From positions 432,572 through 496,571 of the forward strand of contig JANBVJ010000001.1 of NCBI GenBank assembly GCA_024239055.1: DNA of 64,000 nt, written 5' to 3'. The position numbers and the translations under genes are program-made. This document shows positions 53,207-61,780 of this stretch, piece by piece (the first letter of the stretch is position 1; every line of letters starts with the position of its first letter). A model generated the notes under the pieces. The model saw only the letters and a list, made by a program, of their open reading frames with translations. It was not told the origin of the DNA and did not search any database. Origin of the DNA: Patescibacteria group bacterium. Its GTDB lineage: Bacteria > Patescibacteriota > Minisyncoccia > Minisyncoccales > UBA10102.

Positions 53207-54658
53207 ATGAAGCAAATTCCCTCTCACGTAAAGAAAATCATTACGACTTTGCAGGATGCCCGATTCGACGCATATATTGTTGGCGGCTGTGTTCGGGACC
53301 TTTTATTAAATAAAGAGCCAAAGGATTGGGATGTTACTACGTCAGCCAAGCCAAAGGAGGTGCAGAAGCTCTTTAAAGACAGTTTTTATGAAAATGAGTT
53401 CTTTACCGTCACTGTACTCACCAAGTCAAAAAAAGAGTCAGAAAAGCAGGTTGAGGTGACAACTTTCCGTTCTGATATTACGTATAAGGATATGCGGCAT
53501 CCCGAAGAGTTTCGGTATGCCAAAACCTTAGACGAAGATTTGTCCCGGCGTGACTTTACTATGAACGCTATTGCTCTTGATTCTAAAGGGAATATTCAGG
53601 ATCCTTTTAATGGAAAGAAAGATATTGAAAAGAAGTTGGTAAAAGCAGTTGGAGATCCAAAGGAACGTTTCTCAGAAGACGCTCTTCGCATGATGCGCGC
53701 AGTTCGTCTTGCAAGCCAACTTGAGTTTTCCATAGAAGAGGAGACAAAGGTAGCAATACAAGATGTAGCCTCACTCTTAAAGAAGATTTCACAAGAGCGA
53801 ATCCGAGACGAGTTTATAAAGATTATCATGACAAAAGACGCTATGGAAGGTGTTGAGTTACTGCGTGATACGGGGTTGTTGCGGTATATAGTTCCCGAAC
53901 TGGAGGAGGGATATGGTATTGAACAGAATAAGCATCATATATATACTGTATGGGAGCATAACCTTTTAGCTCTTCAGTATGCAGTAAAGAATAACTGGAG
54001 TCTGGAGGTAAGAATAGCTTCTCTGTTTCATGATATTGGAAAGCCAAGGGTAAAAGAGGGAAAGGGAGAGAACTCTACCTTTTACGCGCACGAGGTGGTG
54101 GGAGGAAAGATGACCCGGGATATTCTCATACGTCTTAAGTTTTCGGGTAATCAGGTAAAGAAGATTTCAAAGCTCGTGCGCTACCATCTTTTTTACTATA
54201 ATGTGGATGAGGTTTCAGAATCCTCGGTTAGACGTCTGGTTCGCAAGGTGGGAGCACAAGATATGGAGGATCTCCTGCAGCTTCGCATGGCAGACAGGAT
54301 TGGTTCTGGTGTTCCAAAGGCTGAACCCTACAAGCTTCGTCATTTAAGATACATTATTGAGCGAGCAGGAAAGGCACCTATTACATCCTCCATGTTAAAG
54401 ACAGACGGTTCAAATATTATGAATCAGTTACAACTGGAGCCAGGTCCTCAGGTTGGCTCAATCCTCTCTATTTTACTGGAAGAGGTGGTGGAGGATCCAA
54501 AGCTCAACACCAAAAAGTATCTTGTAGAAAGAACAGGGGAGCTTGGTAAGTTAAAAAAACAGGAGTTAGAAAAGTTGGCCGAGAAAGCCAAGGTTAGGAT
54601 TGAACAGGTGGAGAACAAGGAAGATAGTATGATAAAACAGAAATACTGGGTGTCGTAA
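53207..54658 (+). CDS. cca: CCA-adding tRNA nucleotidyltransferase with HD domain
   Basis: YIVGGCVRDLLL...PKDWDV, RDFT.NA, and an HD region (LFHDIGKP). Confidence 0.85.
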   Translation: MKQIPSHVKKIITTLQDARFDAYIVGGCVRDLLLNKEPKDWDVTTSAKPKEVQKLFKDSFYENEFFTVTVLTKSKKESEKQVEVTTFRSDITYKDMRHPEEFRYAKTLDEDLSRRDFTMNAIALDSKGNIQDPFNGKKDIEKKLVKAVGDPKERFSEDALRMMRAVRLASQLEFSIEEETKVAIQDVASLLKKISQERIRDEFIKIIMTKDAMEGVELLRDTGLLRYIVPELEEGYGIEQNKHHIYTVWEHNLLALQYAVKNNWSLEVRIASLFHDIGKPRVKEGKGENSTFYAHEVVGGKMTRDILIRLKFSGNQVKKISKLVRYHLFYYNVDEVSESSVRRLVRKVGAQDMEDLLQLRMADRIGSGVPKAEPYKLRHLRYIIERAGKAPITSSMLKTDGSNIMNQLQLEPGPQVGSILSILLEEVVEDPKLNTKKYLVERTGELGKLKKQELEKLAEKAKVRIEQVENKEDSMIKQKYWVS

Positions 54659-54659
54659 T

Positions 54660-55238
54660 ATGAAAGAAGCATCAGAATCATATGGCTTTATCTTTGAGAT
54701 AGATTTCTTGTGGGCAGACCCTGTCTTAAAGAAACTCAATGTGCGTTCTGGTGAGCGTGTGCTTGAGATAGGGTGTAATAAGGGAATGCTTTTACGTAAG
54801 CTACAGAAACGGAATGTTGACGCCATTGGGATTGATGTGAATAAAAAAGCAGTACAAAAAAAGGTGGTAGATGAGGTTTATGAAATGAATGCAGAGAATC
54901 TGAAGTTTAAGAACGAATCCTTTGACAAAATTTATTCAGTTCATACCATAGAGCACATTCCTAATCTTAAGAAAGCCTTCAAAGAGATGGATAGGGTATT
55001 GAAACCAGGAGGAAGGATTGTACTGATTTATCCTGCTGAACCCATTCGTGGACTCTTTGTTGTACTGCGTGCTTTATTTGTCTATGGAAATCCTTTAAAA
55101 GCACGAAAGATACATTTACATAAGTTAAATCCTAAAAAGATAAAAGGGTATATTAAAGGCACAAAGTTAAAGTATATAGAGAGTGGATTCCCTATTCCAT
55201 TAACGCCTCAGTATTTAACAGTGTTGGAGAAAGAGTAA
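54660..55238 (+). CDS. Class I SAM-dependent methyltransferase
   Basis: VLEIGCNKG (motif I), FDKIYS.H..EH, and LKPGGRIVLIYP. Confidence 0.8.
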   Translation: MKEASESYGFIFEIDFLWADPVLKKLNVRSGERVLEIGCNKGMLLRKLQKRNVDAIGIDVNKKAVQKKVVDEVYEMNAENLKFKNESFDKIYSVHTIEHIPNLKKAFKEMDRVLKPGGRIVLIYPAEPIRGLFVVLRALFVYGNPLKARKIHLHKLNPKKIKGYIKGTKLKYIESGFPIPLTPQYLTVLEKE

Positions 55239-55241
55239 TCA

Positions 55242-55315
55242 GGGCCCGTAGCTCAGTTGGCCAGAGCGCTGCACTCGCATTGCAGAGGTCAGGAGTTCGA
55301 TTCTCCTCGGGTCCA
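55242..55315 (+). tRNA. tRNA-Ala (anticodon CGC), no encoded CCA
   Basis: GGGCCCG-TA-GCTC-AGTTGGCCA-GAGC-G-CTGCA-CTCGCAT-TGCAG-AGGTC-AGGAG-TTCGATT-CTCCT-CGGGTCC-A. The G3:U70 alanine identity pair is present. Confidence 0.9.
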
Positions 55316-55429
55316 CACTGATTTTATAGGTTTAACAGAAGCAGAAAATAGTGCTATACTTGATTTAGCTTTTTGAACTATTGCGGTTTGAAGTAATATA
55401 TTTCAACCCAAAGAACTGAGGTGAGAATA

Positions 55430-55777
55430 ATGAGTCAGAGGGTTTTCTTCCTTCCCGGTTACGAAGAGATGTACCGGCGTTTATTGGAAGTAGACGACGG
55501 TTCTGATTCCGATATGCAAGAGGAGTTCTGCCAGATTTTACTGAGGTCTGCTGGGCGGGGGTGCACCGCATGGTACGTCGTCATGATGCTCTCGCTTGCT
55601 ATAAACAGATACATCAAGGGGAAGCCATCAACAAACATGGCAGACCTGATGCACATGGAGGCACCCCGATTCGTCGACGCCCTCCTTGTTGATGATCCGG
55701 AGTTTGCAGAGGAGACGAAAGCTATTATGGAAAGAGTAGTCTCTGTGAAGCGTGAAGTAAGATGTGGGTGTGTATAA
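55430..55777 (+). CDS. Hypothetical protein in a compositionally atypical islet
   Basis: GAGGTG Shine-Dalgarno at 55417-55422, then an ATG at 55430. The 115-aa product has no recognised motif. Hand-counted samples are about 47-58% GC. Confidence 0.4.
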   Translation: MSQRVFFLPGYEEMYRRLLEVDDGSDSDMQEEFCQILLRSAGRGCTAWYVVMMLSLAINRYIKGKPSTNMADLMHMEAPRFVDALLVDDPEFAEETKAIMERVVSVKREVRCGCV

Positions 55778-55854
55778 CGCACTGGAGCCCCAAATGGATT
55801 TCAATCTACGAGGGGCTTTTTATTTTATAAATAGAGTCTTATAATAAATTAATT

Positions 55855-56364
55855 ATGTACATCCCTATTATCTTGGGAACAGCTCGTGAGGGTAGGCAGT
55901 CAGAAAAGGTTGCCTATTATATAGAAGATAAGGTGAAGGAAGCTGGTATTACAACCAAGATTTTGGATGTGAGAGATTTTCGTATAGAAGCTACTACAAC
56001 AGAGGGAGCTATCGTTAAGAGGTATAAGAACGAGATTACAAAAGCAGAGGCCTTAATTATTGTGAGTCCTGAGTATAATCATGCGTATCCCGGTGAGTTA
56101 AAGATGATGTTGGATATGGCGTATAACGAATACTCAGGAAAGCCGGTAGGTATCTGCGGGGTTTCGGCAGGAGGATTGGGAGGAGCGCGTGTTGTTGAAC
56201 AGTTGCGCCTTGTGCTTGCGGCCTTTGGAATGATTCAGATAAAAGAATCTCTGTACTTTTCCAATGTGGAAAGTCTATTTGATACAAAAGGTACAATACA
56301 GGATGCTTCGTATGACGAGCGTGTTGTAAAGTTTCTTAAACAACTCAAGGAGGGTGTAAAATAA
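55855..56364 (+). CDS. NAD(P)H-dependent FMN reductase family protein
   Basis: ILGTAREGRQSEKVA and ALIIVSPEYNHAYPGELKMMLD, typical of NADPH-dependent FMN reductases. Confidence 0.8.
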   Translation: MYIPIILGTAREGRQSEKVAYYIEDKVKEAGITTKILDVRDFRIEATTTEGAIVKRYKNEITKAEALIIVSPEYNHAYPGELKMMLDMAYNEYSGKPVGICGVSAGGLGGARVVEQLRLVLAAFGMIQIKESLYFSNVESLFDTKGTIQDASYDERVVKFLKQLKEGVK

Positions 56365-56365
56365 T

Positions 56366-58798
56366 ATGTCAGCGGAAGCTATTACTTGGATTTTCTGGAG
56401 TTACTTTGTTGGTTCTCTTCCTTTTGGATACTGGATTACAAAACTTACCTCAAAGAAGAATCTTCTTTCCATTGGGTATAAGAAAAGTTCTGGTTCCAAT
56501 GTAATAAAGTATGTAGGTAAGGCGCAGGGAGTCTCCACTATTCTATTAGATGTTGGTAAAGGATTTTTAGTCGTCTTTTTGGCACAACAACTTGGACTGG
56601 CAGATTGGGTTTTAATTGCCTCTGGCCTCGCTGTTGTAATTGGACACAACTGGTCTCCATTCCTTAGTTTTGCAGGAGGAAGAGGCATTGCTTCCTTAAT
56701 GGGTGTACTCCTCGCCTTTTCTTTTCCTATTACATTTTTATCCCTACTTTTGTTTGTAGCTGTATTTGCAGTATGGGATGCCTCCATTGGTACCTTATTA
56801 GTATTCCCTACAGTAATGCTTCTTTCATATATGAGAGGAGAGTTTGAGACTATTGGAATATTTGCCTTATTAGTTCTTATTCCAGTGCTATTAAAGAGAT
56901 TAACTCCGTTCAGTGAAATATTAAATATTAATCTTTTTGTAAGATATTTATTGCGCGATGGGGATGACGCAGTCTTTGATTTTCGTATTGTTAGAAGATA
57001 TCCTTTAATATTTAATCGTATAAAAGGCAAGGTTCCTCCAGTTCTGTCTCTATCTGCGCAAGATATGGCAGAGATTCTTTCAGCATCTGCCCATAAGATT
57101 ATAGTTCATCAGGAGGAAGTGAACCAAATTAATGTTTTTCCTGTGGCTGACAAAGATACGGGATACAATTTATCTGCTACAACTATTGGTATTGAGAGCG
57201 CTATTGCAAAAAAAGAGTATAAGACATTCAGGAGTCTTGCCAAAGATGTTCGTCTCGCTGCCGTCAGATCAGCAAGAGGGAATGCAGGCATGATTTATGT
57301 TGGCTTTCTTCTGGGTTTGTTTGAGCGTCTTGAGAAAGAGAAAACCAAGATAGATGCAGATACTTTTGCTGAGGCTCTTAAGGTTTCAGTTGCTCAAGCA
57401 AGGTCTGCAATTCATAATCCGGTGGACGGGACTATGTTAGATGTTATTTCAGCCACAGCACGGGGGGCTGAGAATTATGTAAAAGAAGGGAACAATATTA
57501 TTGAGCTTTTAGAACACTCTCATAAGGAAGCCAGAAAAGCCTTAAAAGAGACCACAGAAAAGTTAGAGGTCTTAAAGAAAAATAATGTTGTTGATGCAGG
57601 AGCCCTTGGATTTGTAAGAATATTAGAGTCTTTCATTGAGAGTACAAGAGGAGATGTACCTACTGTTTCCATAATGGCTCCTATAAATCTTGCAACAGAA
57701 CAACCACCCCCAAAGTACCGTTACTGTCTTCAGATTGGATTTGATAAAAAGGGAGGAGATATTCAACAACTCAAAGAAGACCTCTCTTTACTAGGTAATA
57801 GTATGGAGGTTATTGAAGCTGAAGGCAGAGTAAGATTACATATTCATTGTGACAGTCCGGAATCAGTAAAGGCAGAACTCTCTTTTGCAAAAGATATTAA
57901 TATACATATTGAAGATATGAGAGCTCAGGTAGTGAGTACTGCTGTAAAGCCTCTAGGTCTTCTTGTCGGAGATACAGCTTCCCTTCCCAGAGCATTTATT
58001 GAGAAGAATAATATTACAGAGATTCCATTTACCGCACAATTTCCTAATGGAGAAAAGGTTACAAAGGAAAACGCATATAAGAAGATGAGAGAAGCTTTAG
58101 AGAACGGAACTCCTTTGCCAACAACCTCCCAACCCGCAATAGGAGTTTTACAGTCTTCTTTTGATGAAGCCTTAAATAAACACAAGGAAGTTATTGCTCT
58201 TACATTGTCCGCCGAGCTATCTGGCACGTATGGTTCTCTTCGTGTTGCGCGCTCCATGCTTTCTAATAAAACACGACTTACAATATTTGATACAGGTATT
58301 ATTGATGCTGGGGAGGCATTAGTAGTTTATAAGGCTCAAGAACTTATTAATCAGGGAAAAGATGCAAAAGAAGTAATTAATCTTTTAAGTTCATATTCAC
58401 CAAAGGTAAAGCTTATTGGAATTCCACAAGATATTAGGTATGTATTAAGATCAGGACGTATTAATCCACCTAAAGCTGTTATTCCTCTTCTATTATTTAC
58501 TCAAAAACTAGGATTTCATATTGTTTTGGCAATGAAAGGAAAGAAGCTAAAGTTAAATGGAGTGGTGTGGGGAAATAATATCTCAGATCTTATTGTAAAA
58601 GAGTTTCAAAAGAGAAAGTCTTCTAATAGAACCAGAGTAGTTCTTACTCATGCAGATAATGAGAAAGGACTAAAAGAACTGGAAGAAAAGATTAAAGGAA
58701 TAAATAATACAAATATTCTTCATACAGCTTTAGTTTCTACAGTTGTTGGCGTATATATAGGACCAGATTCTCTAATCATTGGATTTGTTGAGGAGTAA
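56366..58798 (+). CDS. plsY: Triple fusion: PlsY acyl-phosphate:glycerol-3-phosphate acyltransferase, plus a FakA-like Dak2 kinase domain and middle domain, plus a DegV (FakB-like) fatty-acid-binding domain
   Basis: Residues 1-190: GSLPFGYWI, LLDVGKG, GHNWSPFLSFAGGRGIAS (PlsY). Residues about 250-440: INVFPVADKDTGYNL (compare DGDTGTNM of Dak2/YloV). Residues about 450-520: YRYCLQI...LGNSMEVIE..GRVRLHIHCD.P...IHIEDMR (YloV middle domain). Residues about 525-810: TSQPAIG, LSAELSGTYGSLRVA (DegV). Confidence 0.8.
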   Translation: MSAEAITWIFWSYFVGSLPFGYWITKLTSKKNLLSIGYKKSSGSNVIKYVGKAQGVSTILLDVGKGFLVVFLAQQLGLADWVLIASGLAVVIGHNWSPFLSFAGGRGIASLMGVLLAFSFPITFLSLLLFVAVFAVWDASIGTLLVFPTVMLLSYMRGEFETIGIFALLVLIPVLLKRLTPFSEILNINLFVRYLLRDGDDAVFDFRIVRRYPLIFNRIKGKVPPVLSLSAQDMAEILSASAHKIIVHQEEVNQINVFPVADKDTGYNLSATTIGIESAIAKKEYKTFRSLAKDVRLAAVRSARGNAGMIYVGFLLGLFERLEKEKTKIDADTFAEALKVSVAQARSAIHNPVDGTMLDVISATARGAENYVKEGNNIIELLEHSHKEARKALKETTEKLEVLKKNNVVDAGALGFVRILESFIESTRGDVPTVSIMAPINLATEQPPPKYRYCLQIGFDKKGGDIQQLKEDLSLLGNSMEVIEAEGRVRLHIHCDSPESVKAELSFAKDINIHIEDMRAQVVSTAVKPLGLLVGDTASLPRAFIEKNNITEIPFTAQFPNGEKVTKENAYKKMREALENGTPLPTTSQPAIGVLQSSFDEALNKHKEVIALTLSAELSGTYGSLRVARSMLSNKTRLTIFDTGIIDAGEALVVYKAQELINQGKDAKEVINLLSSYSPKVKLIGIPQDIRYVLRSGRINPPKAVIPLLLFTQKLGFHIVLAMKGKKLKLNGVVWGNNISDLIVKEFQKRKSSNRTRVVLTHADNEKGLKELEEKIKGINNTNILHTALVSTVVGVYIGPDSLIIGFVEE

Positions 58799-58801
58799 TT
58801 C

Positions 58802-58830
58802 TTGACATTTAATATGGAATTGAATATAAT
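58802..58830 (+). promoter_or_regulatory. Consensus sigma70 promoter (TTGACA-N17-TATAAT) for nusA
   Basis: TTGACA at 58802-58807, a 17-nt spacer, then TATAAT at 58825-58830. Confidence 0.55.
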
Positions 58831-58843
58831 AGATATATTGAGG

Positions 58844-58862
58844 TGTCCGTTACGAACGGACA
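58844..58862 (+). promoter_or_regulatory. Leader hairpin followed by a U-rich tract (possible attenuator) upstream of nusA
   Basis: TGTCCGTT-acg-AACGGACA (8 bp) followed by TTATTTATT, located between the promoter and the nusA ATG (58886). Confidence 0.4.
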
Positions 58863-58885
58863 TTATTTATTAACTAATTACAATT

Positions 58886-60124
58886 ATGGTAGATCTCAAA
58901 AACTTTGTTCTGTTAATCGAACAGATTGCAGAAGAAAAAGGCATAGATAAAGATCGTGTCATTGATACGATTCAGCAAGCGATTGCTGCGGCCTACAAAA
59001 AAGAGTATGGAGAGCGCGGACAAAATATCCGGGCGGTTATTAATATGAAGACAGGAAAGATGGAATTCTTTCAAATAAAGGATGTAGTTTCACAAGACAT
59101 GCTGTATACAGAGGAGGAGCTGGAAGATATTAAAGAAAAAAGAGAAGCAGGAGAGGATATCAAAGAAGATGAGGATGACAAGAAAATACGATTTAATCCA
59201 GAGCGCCATGTTTTGTTGGAAGACGCCAAAAAGAAGAAAAAGACTATTAAGGTTGGGGACGAGATTGAACAAAAACTTCCTGTAAAAGAGGAATATGGCA
59301 GGATTGCAGCTCAAACAGCAAAGCAGGTTATTCTACAGAAAATCAGGGAAGCTGAAAGAGATGCGGTTATGGAGGAGTTCAAATCCAAAGAGGGAGAATT
59401 GGTTTCAGGTATAGTTCAACGTGTTGAGGGGAGCACAGTCTTCTTTGATGTAGGAAAGACATTAGGAGTTATGCCTCGGGAAGAACAGGTTCCAGGAGAG
59501 TTTTATCGTACAGGACAGAGATTACGTTTGTTTGTTATGCGCGTGGAAGATTCAAATAGAGGTCCTTCCATATATCTTTCTCGTGCCTATCCAAAGTTTG
59601 TCTCAAAACTCTTTGAGTTGGAGGTGCCAGAGATTGGGGCTGGAACAGTGGAGATAAAGGCTATTGCAAGAGAACCTGGCTCACGCTCCAAAGTCGCAGT
59701 ATTTTCGGATACAGAAGGCGTAGATCCCGTAGGTTCTATGGTTGGTCAGAGGGGAACCAGGGTATCTGCTGTTATTAACGAACTTGGGGGTGAGAAGATA
59801 GATGTTATTGAATGGGCAGATGACCCCGAGTTTTATATTGCAAATTCACTCTCTCCTGCAAAGGTTTTGCAGGTTGAGATAGAAGATAAGAACAAAGCGA
59901 CAGCCGTGGTCCCAGAAGACCAGCTATCCTTGGCAATTGGAAGGGATGGCCAGAACGTTAGACTTGCAGCAAAGCTCACCGGATGGAAGATAGACGTGAA
60001 GACTCCGGATGGAGAGACTGTTGATGTGGAGGATATTAAGTCAGAAGAGAAAAAGGAAGATAGTCCTGAGATACCAAAGGATATTGAAGACAAAGAAGAG
60101 TCAAAAACAACAAAAAAAGAATGA
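58886..60124 (+). CDS. nusA: Transcription termination/antitermination factor NusA
   Basis: N-terminal domain, S1 (GELVSGIVQRVEGSTVFFDVG) and two KH domains (VGQRGTRV; AIGRDGQNVRLAAKLTGWKIDV). An acidic insertion lies at aa 75-100. Confidence 0.9.
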   Translation: MVDLKNFVLLIEQIAEEKGIDKDRVIDTIQQAIAAAYKKEYGERGQNIRAVINMKTGKMEFFQIKDVVSQDMLYTEEELEDIKEKREAGEDIKEDEDDKKIRFNPERHVLLEDAKKKKKTIKVGDEIEQKLPVKEEYGRIAAQTAKQVILQKIREAERDAVMEEFKSKEGELVSGIVQRVEGSTVFFDVGKTLGVMPREEQVPGEFYRTGQRLRLFVMRVEDSNRGPSIYLSRAYPKFVSKLFELEVPEIGAGTVEIKAIAREPGSRSKVAVFSDTEGVDPVGSMVGQRGTRVSAVINELGGEKIDVIEWADDPEFYIANSLSPAKVLQVEIEDKNKATAVVPEDQLSLAIGRDGQNVRLAAKLTGWKIDVKTPDGETVDVEDIKSEEKKEDSPEIPKDIEDKEESKTTKKE

Positions 60125-61137
60125 AATATACAGTAAAACAGGCTCCAGAATCTAAGGTAGAAATTGAGTTTGAGATGCCAGCCGACGAATTTCAGGAATA
60201 TGTAGAAAAGGCCACCAAAGAACTTGGCAAGGATGTTTCAGTCAAGGGATTCAGGCCCGGTCACGCACCAGATCAGGCGGTTAAACAGAATGTTGGTTCT
60301 GAAAATGTTTTAATGCAAGCAGCTCAACTTGCTGTAAACGCATCTTACATTGAGGCGGCAACCAAAGAGAAGTTGGAAGTAGTGGAGCAACCAAATATAG
60401 AAGTGTTAAAACTGGCTCCTCAGAATCCATTCCTTTTCCGTGCAACCGTAACATTGGTTCCCAAGATAACTTTATCTGATTACAAGGTGATTGCGGCAAC
60501 CTGCGTAAGAAAAGAGGTAAAGGTTGAGGATGATGAGGTTAATAAAACCTTAGATTGGATTCGTGAGAGTAGAAAGGGTAAAGAGGATAAGGTTCCTGAG
60601 CTTACTGATGAGTTTGCCTCTTCATTAGGAAACTTTAAGAATGTTGAGGAGTTAAAGAAAAGTATTCTTGATGGATTGGAGCAGGAGAAAAAGACACAGG
60701 AGACTCAACGGCTTCGTCAGGAGATATTAGACAAGATAGCTAAGGATTCAAAGATGGATATTCCCCAAGCTCTTGTTGAGCGGGAAAAGGACTCTATGCT
60801 TCAGAATATTAAGACGGGAGTGCAGAGTACGCTCAATACTAAGTTTGAAGATTATTTAACACAAACAAAGAAAACAGAGCAAGAACTCCGAGATTCCTTT
60901 ACAAAGGAAGCTGAAGGGCGTGTCAGAAATTCCTTGGTATTAAGAGCAGTATCAAAAGAAGAGAACTTAACTCCATCAACACAAGAGATTGAAGAAGAGA
61001 TAAACAACACTTTAAAGCGCTATCCTTCCAAAGAGGAGGCTAAAAAGACAGTTGACTTGGCTCGTTTGAGAGAGTATACTGAGGTCGTCTTAATCAATGA
61101 AAAAACCCTCAAATTCTTAGAGGATCTTGCGAAATAA
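60121..61137 (+). CDS. tig: Trigger factor lacking the PPIase domain
   Basis: The N-terminal ribosome-binding domain (GFRPGHAP) is joined directly to the C-terminal arm domain ([22 protein letters not shown]). No FKBP-type segment is present. 338 aa. Confidence 0.8.
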   Translation: MKYTVKQAPESKVEIEFEMPADEFQEYVEKATKELGKDVSVKGFRPGHAPDQAVKQNVGSENVLMQAAQLAVNASYIEAATKEKLEVVEQPNIEVLKLAPQNPFLFRATVTLVPKITLSDYKVIAATCVRKEVKVEDDEVNKTLDWIRESRKGKEDKVPELTDEFASSLGNFKNVEELKKSILDGLEQEKKTQETQRLRQEILDKIAKDSKMDIPQALVEREKDSMLQNIKTGVQSTLNTKFEDYLTQTKKTEQELRDSFTKEAEGRVRNSLVLRAVSKEENLTPSTQEIEEEINNTLKRYPSKEEAKKTVDLARLREYTEVVLINEKTLKFLEDLAK

Positions 61138-61139
61138 TT

Positions 61140-61721
61140 ATGAATCTTATTCCAACAGTCATTGAAAAATCTCAGTATGGAGAGCGTGCATACGATATTT
61201 ATTCCCGTCTCCTAAAAGATAGGATTATATTTCTTGGAGCTCCTGTGAGTGATTTAACCTCAAACGCTGTTATTGCTCAGATGTTGCATTTGGCTTCCCA
61301 AGACTCAAAGAAAGATATTCAGTTTTATATTAATTCACCCGGTGGTTCGGTTACCGCGGGTCTTGCTATCTATGATACCATGCAGTATGTGAAGTGTCCT
61401 ATCTCAACTGTTTGTGTTGGAATGGCAGCTTCCATGGGAGCTGTATTGCTGGCCGCAGGCCAGAAAGGAAAGAGATATATACTTCCTAATGCACAGATTA
61501 TGCTTCATCAGCCAGCTGGCGGGGTAACAGGACAGGCCACAGAGATTGAGATTACCGCAAATCAAATTGTAAAGATAAAAGATCTTTTAAACCAGATACT
61601 GGCAAAACACACAGGACAGGATATGGAGAAAGTTCAGACAGATACAGATAGAGATTTCTATCTAAATGCCATGGAAGCAAAAGAGTATGGGATTGTAGAC
61701 AAGGTGATTGGTGGAAAGTAA
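61140..61721 (+). CDS. clpP: ATP-dependent Clp protease proteolytic subunit
   Basis: [24 protein letters not shown] (catalytic Ser) and MLHQP (His). Confidence 0.95.
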   Translation: MNLIPTVIEKSQYGERAYDIYSRLLKDRIIFLGAPVSDLTSNAVIAQMLHLASQDSKKDIQFYINSPGGSVTAGLAIYDTMQYVKCPISTVCVGMAASMGAVLLAAGQKGKRYILPNAQIMLHQPAGGVTGQATEIEITANQIVKIKDLLNQILAKHTGQDMEKVQTDTDRDFYLNAMEAKEYGIVDKVIGGK

Positions 61722-61742
61722 TTAATAAGAAGAAATACAAGG

Positions 61743-61766
61743 GCACGCCAAAGGGCGTGCTTTTGT
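61743..61766 (+). terminator. Intrinsic terminator after clpP
   Basis: GCACGCC-aaag-GGCGTGC followed by TTTTGTGTT. Confidence 0.7.
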
Positions 61767-61780
61767 GTTAGAATGGAGTA

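Noticed and set aside
53018-53227. 69-aa minus-strand ORF in the ORF track
   Set aside because: It is almost entirely occupied by tRNA-Arg (53073-53146) and its flanks, so it is an artefactual reading frame.
56401-57030. 209-aa minus-strand ORF
   Set aside because: It is antisense to the PlsY domain, which shows clear conserved motifs on the plus strand.
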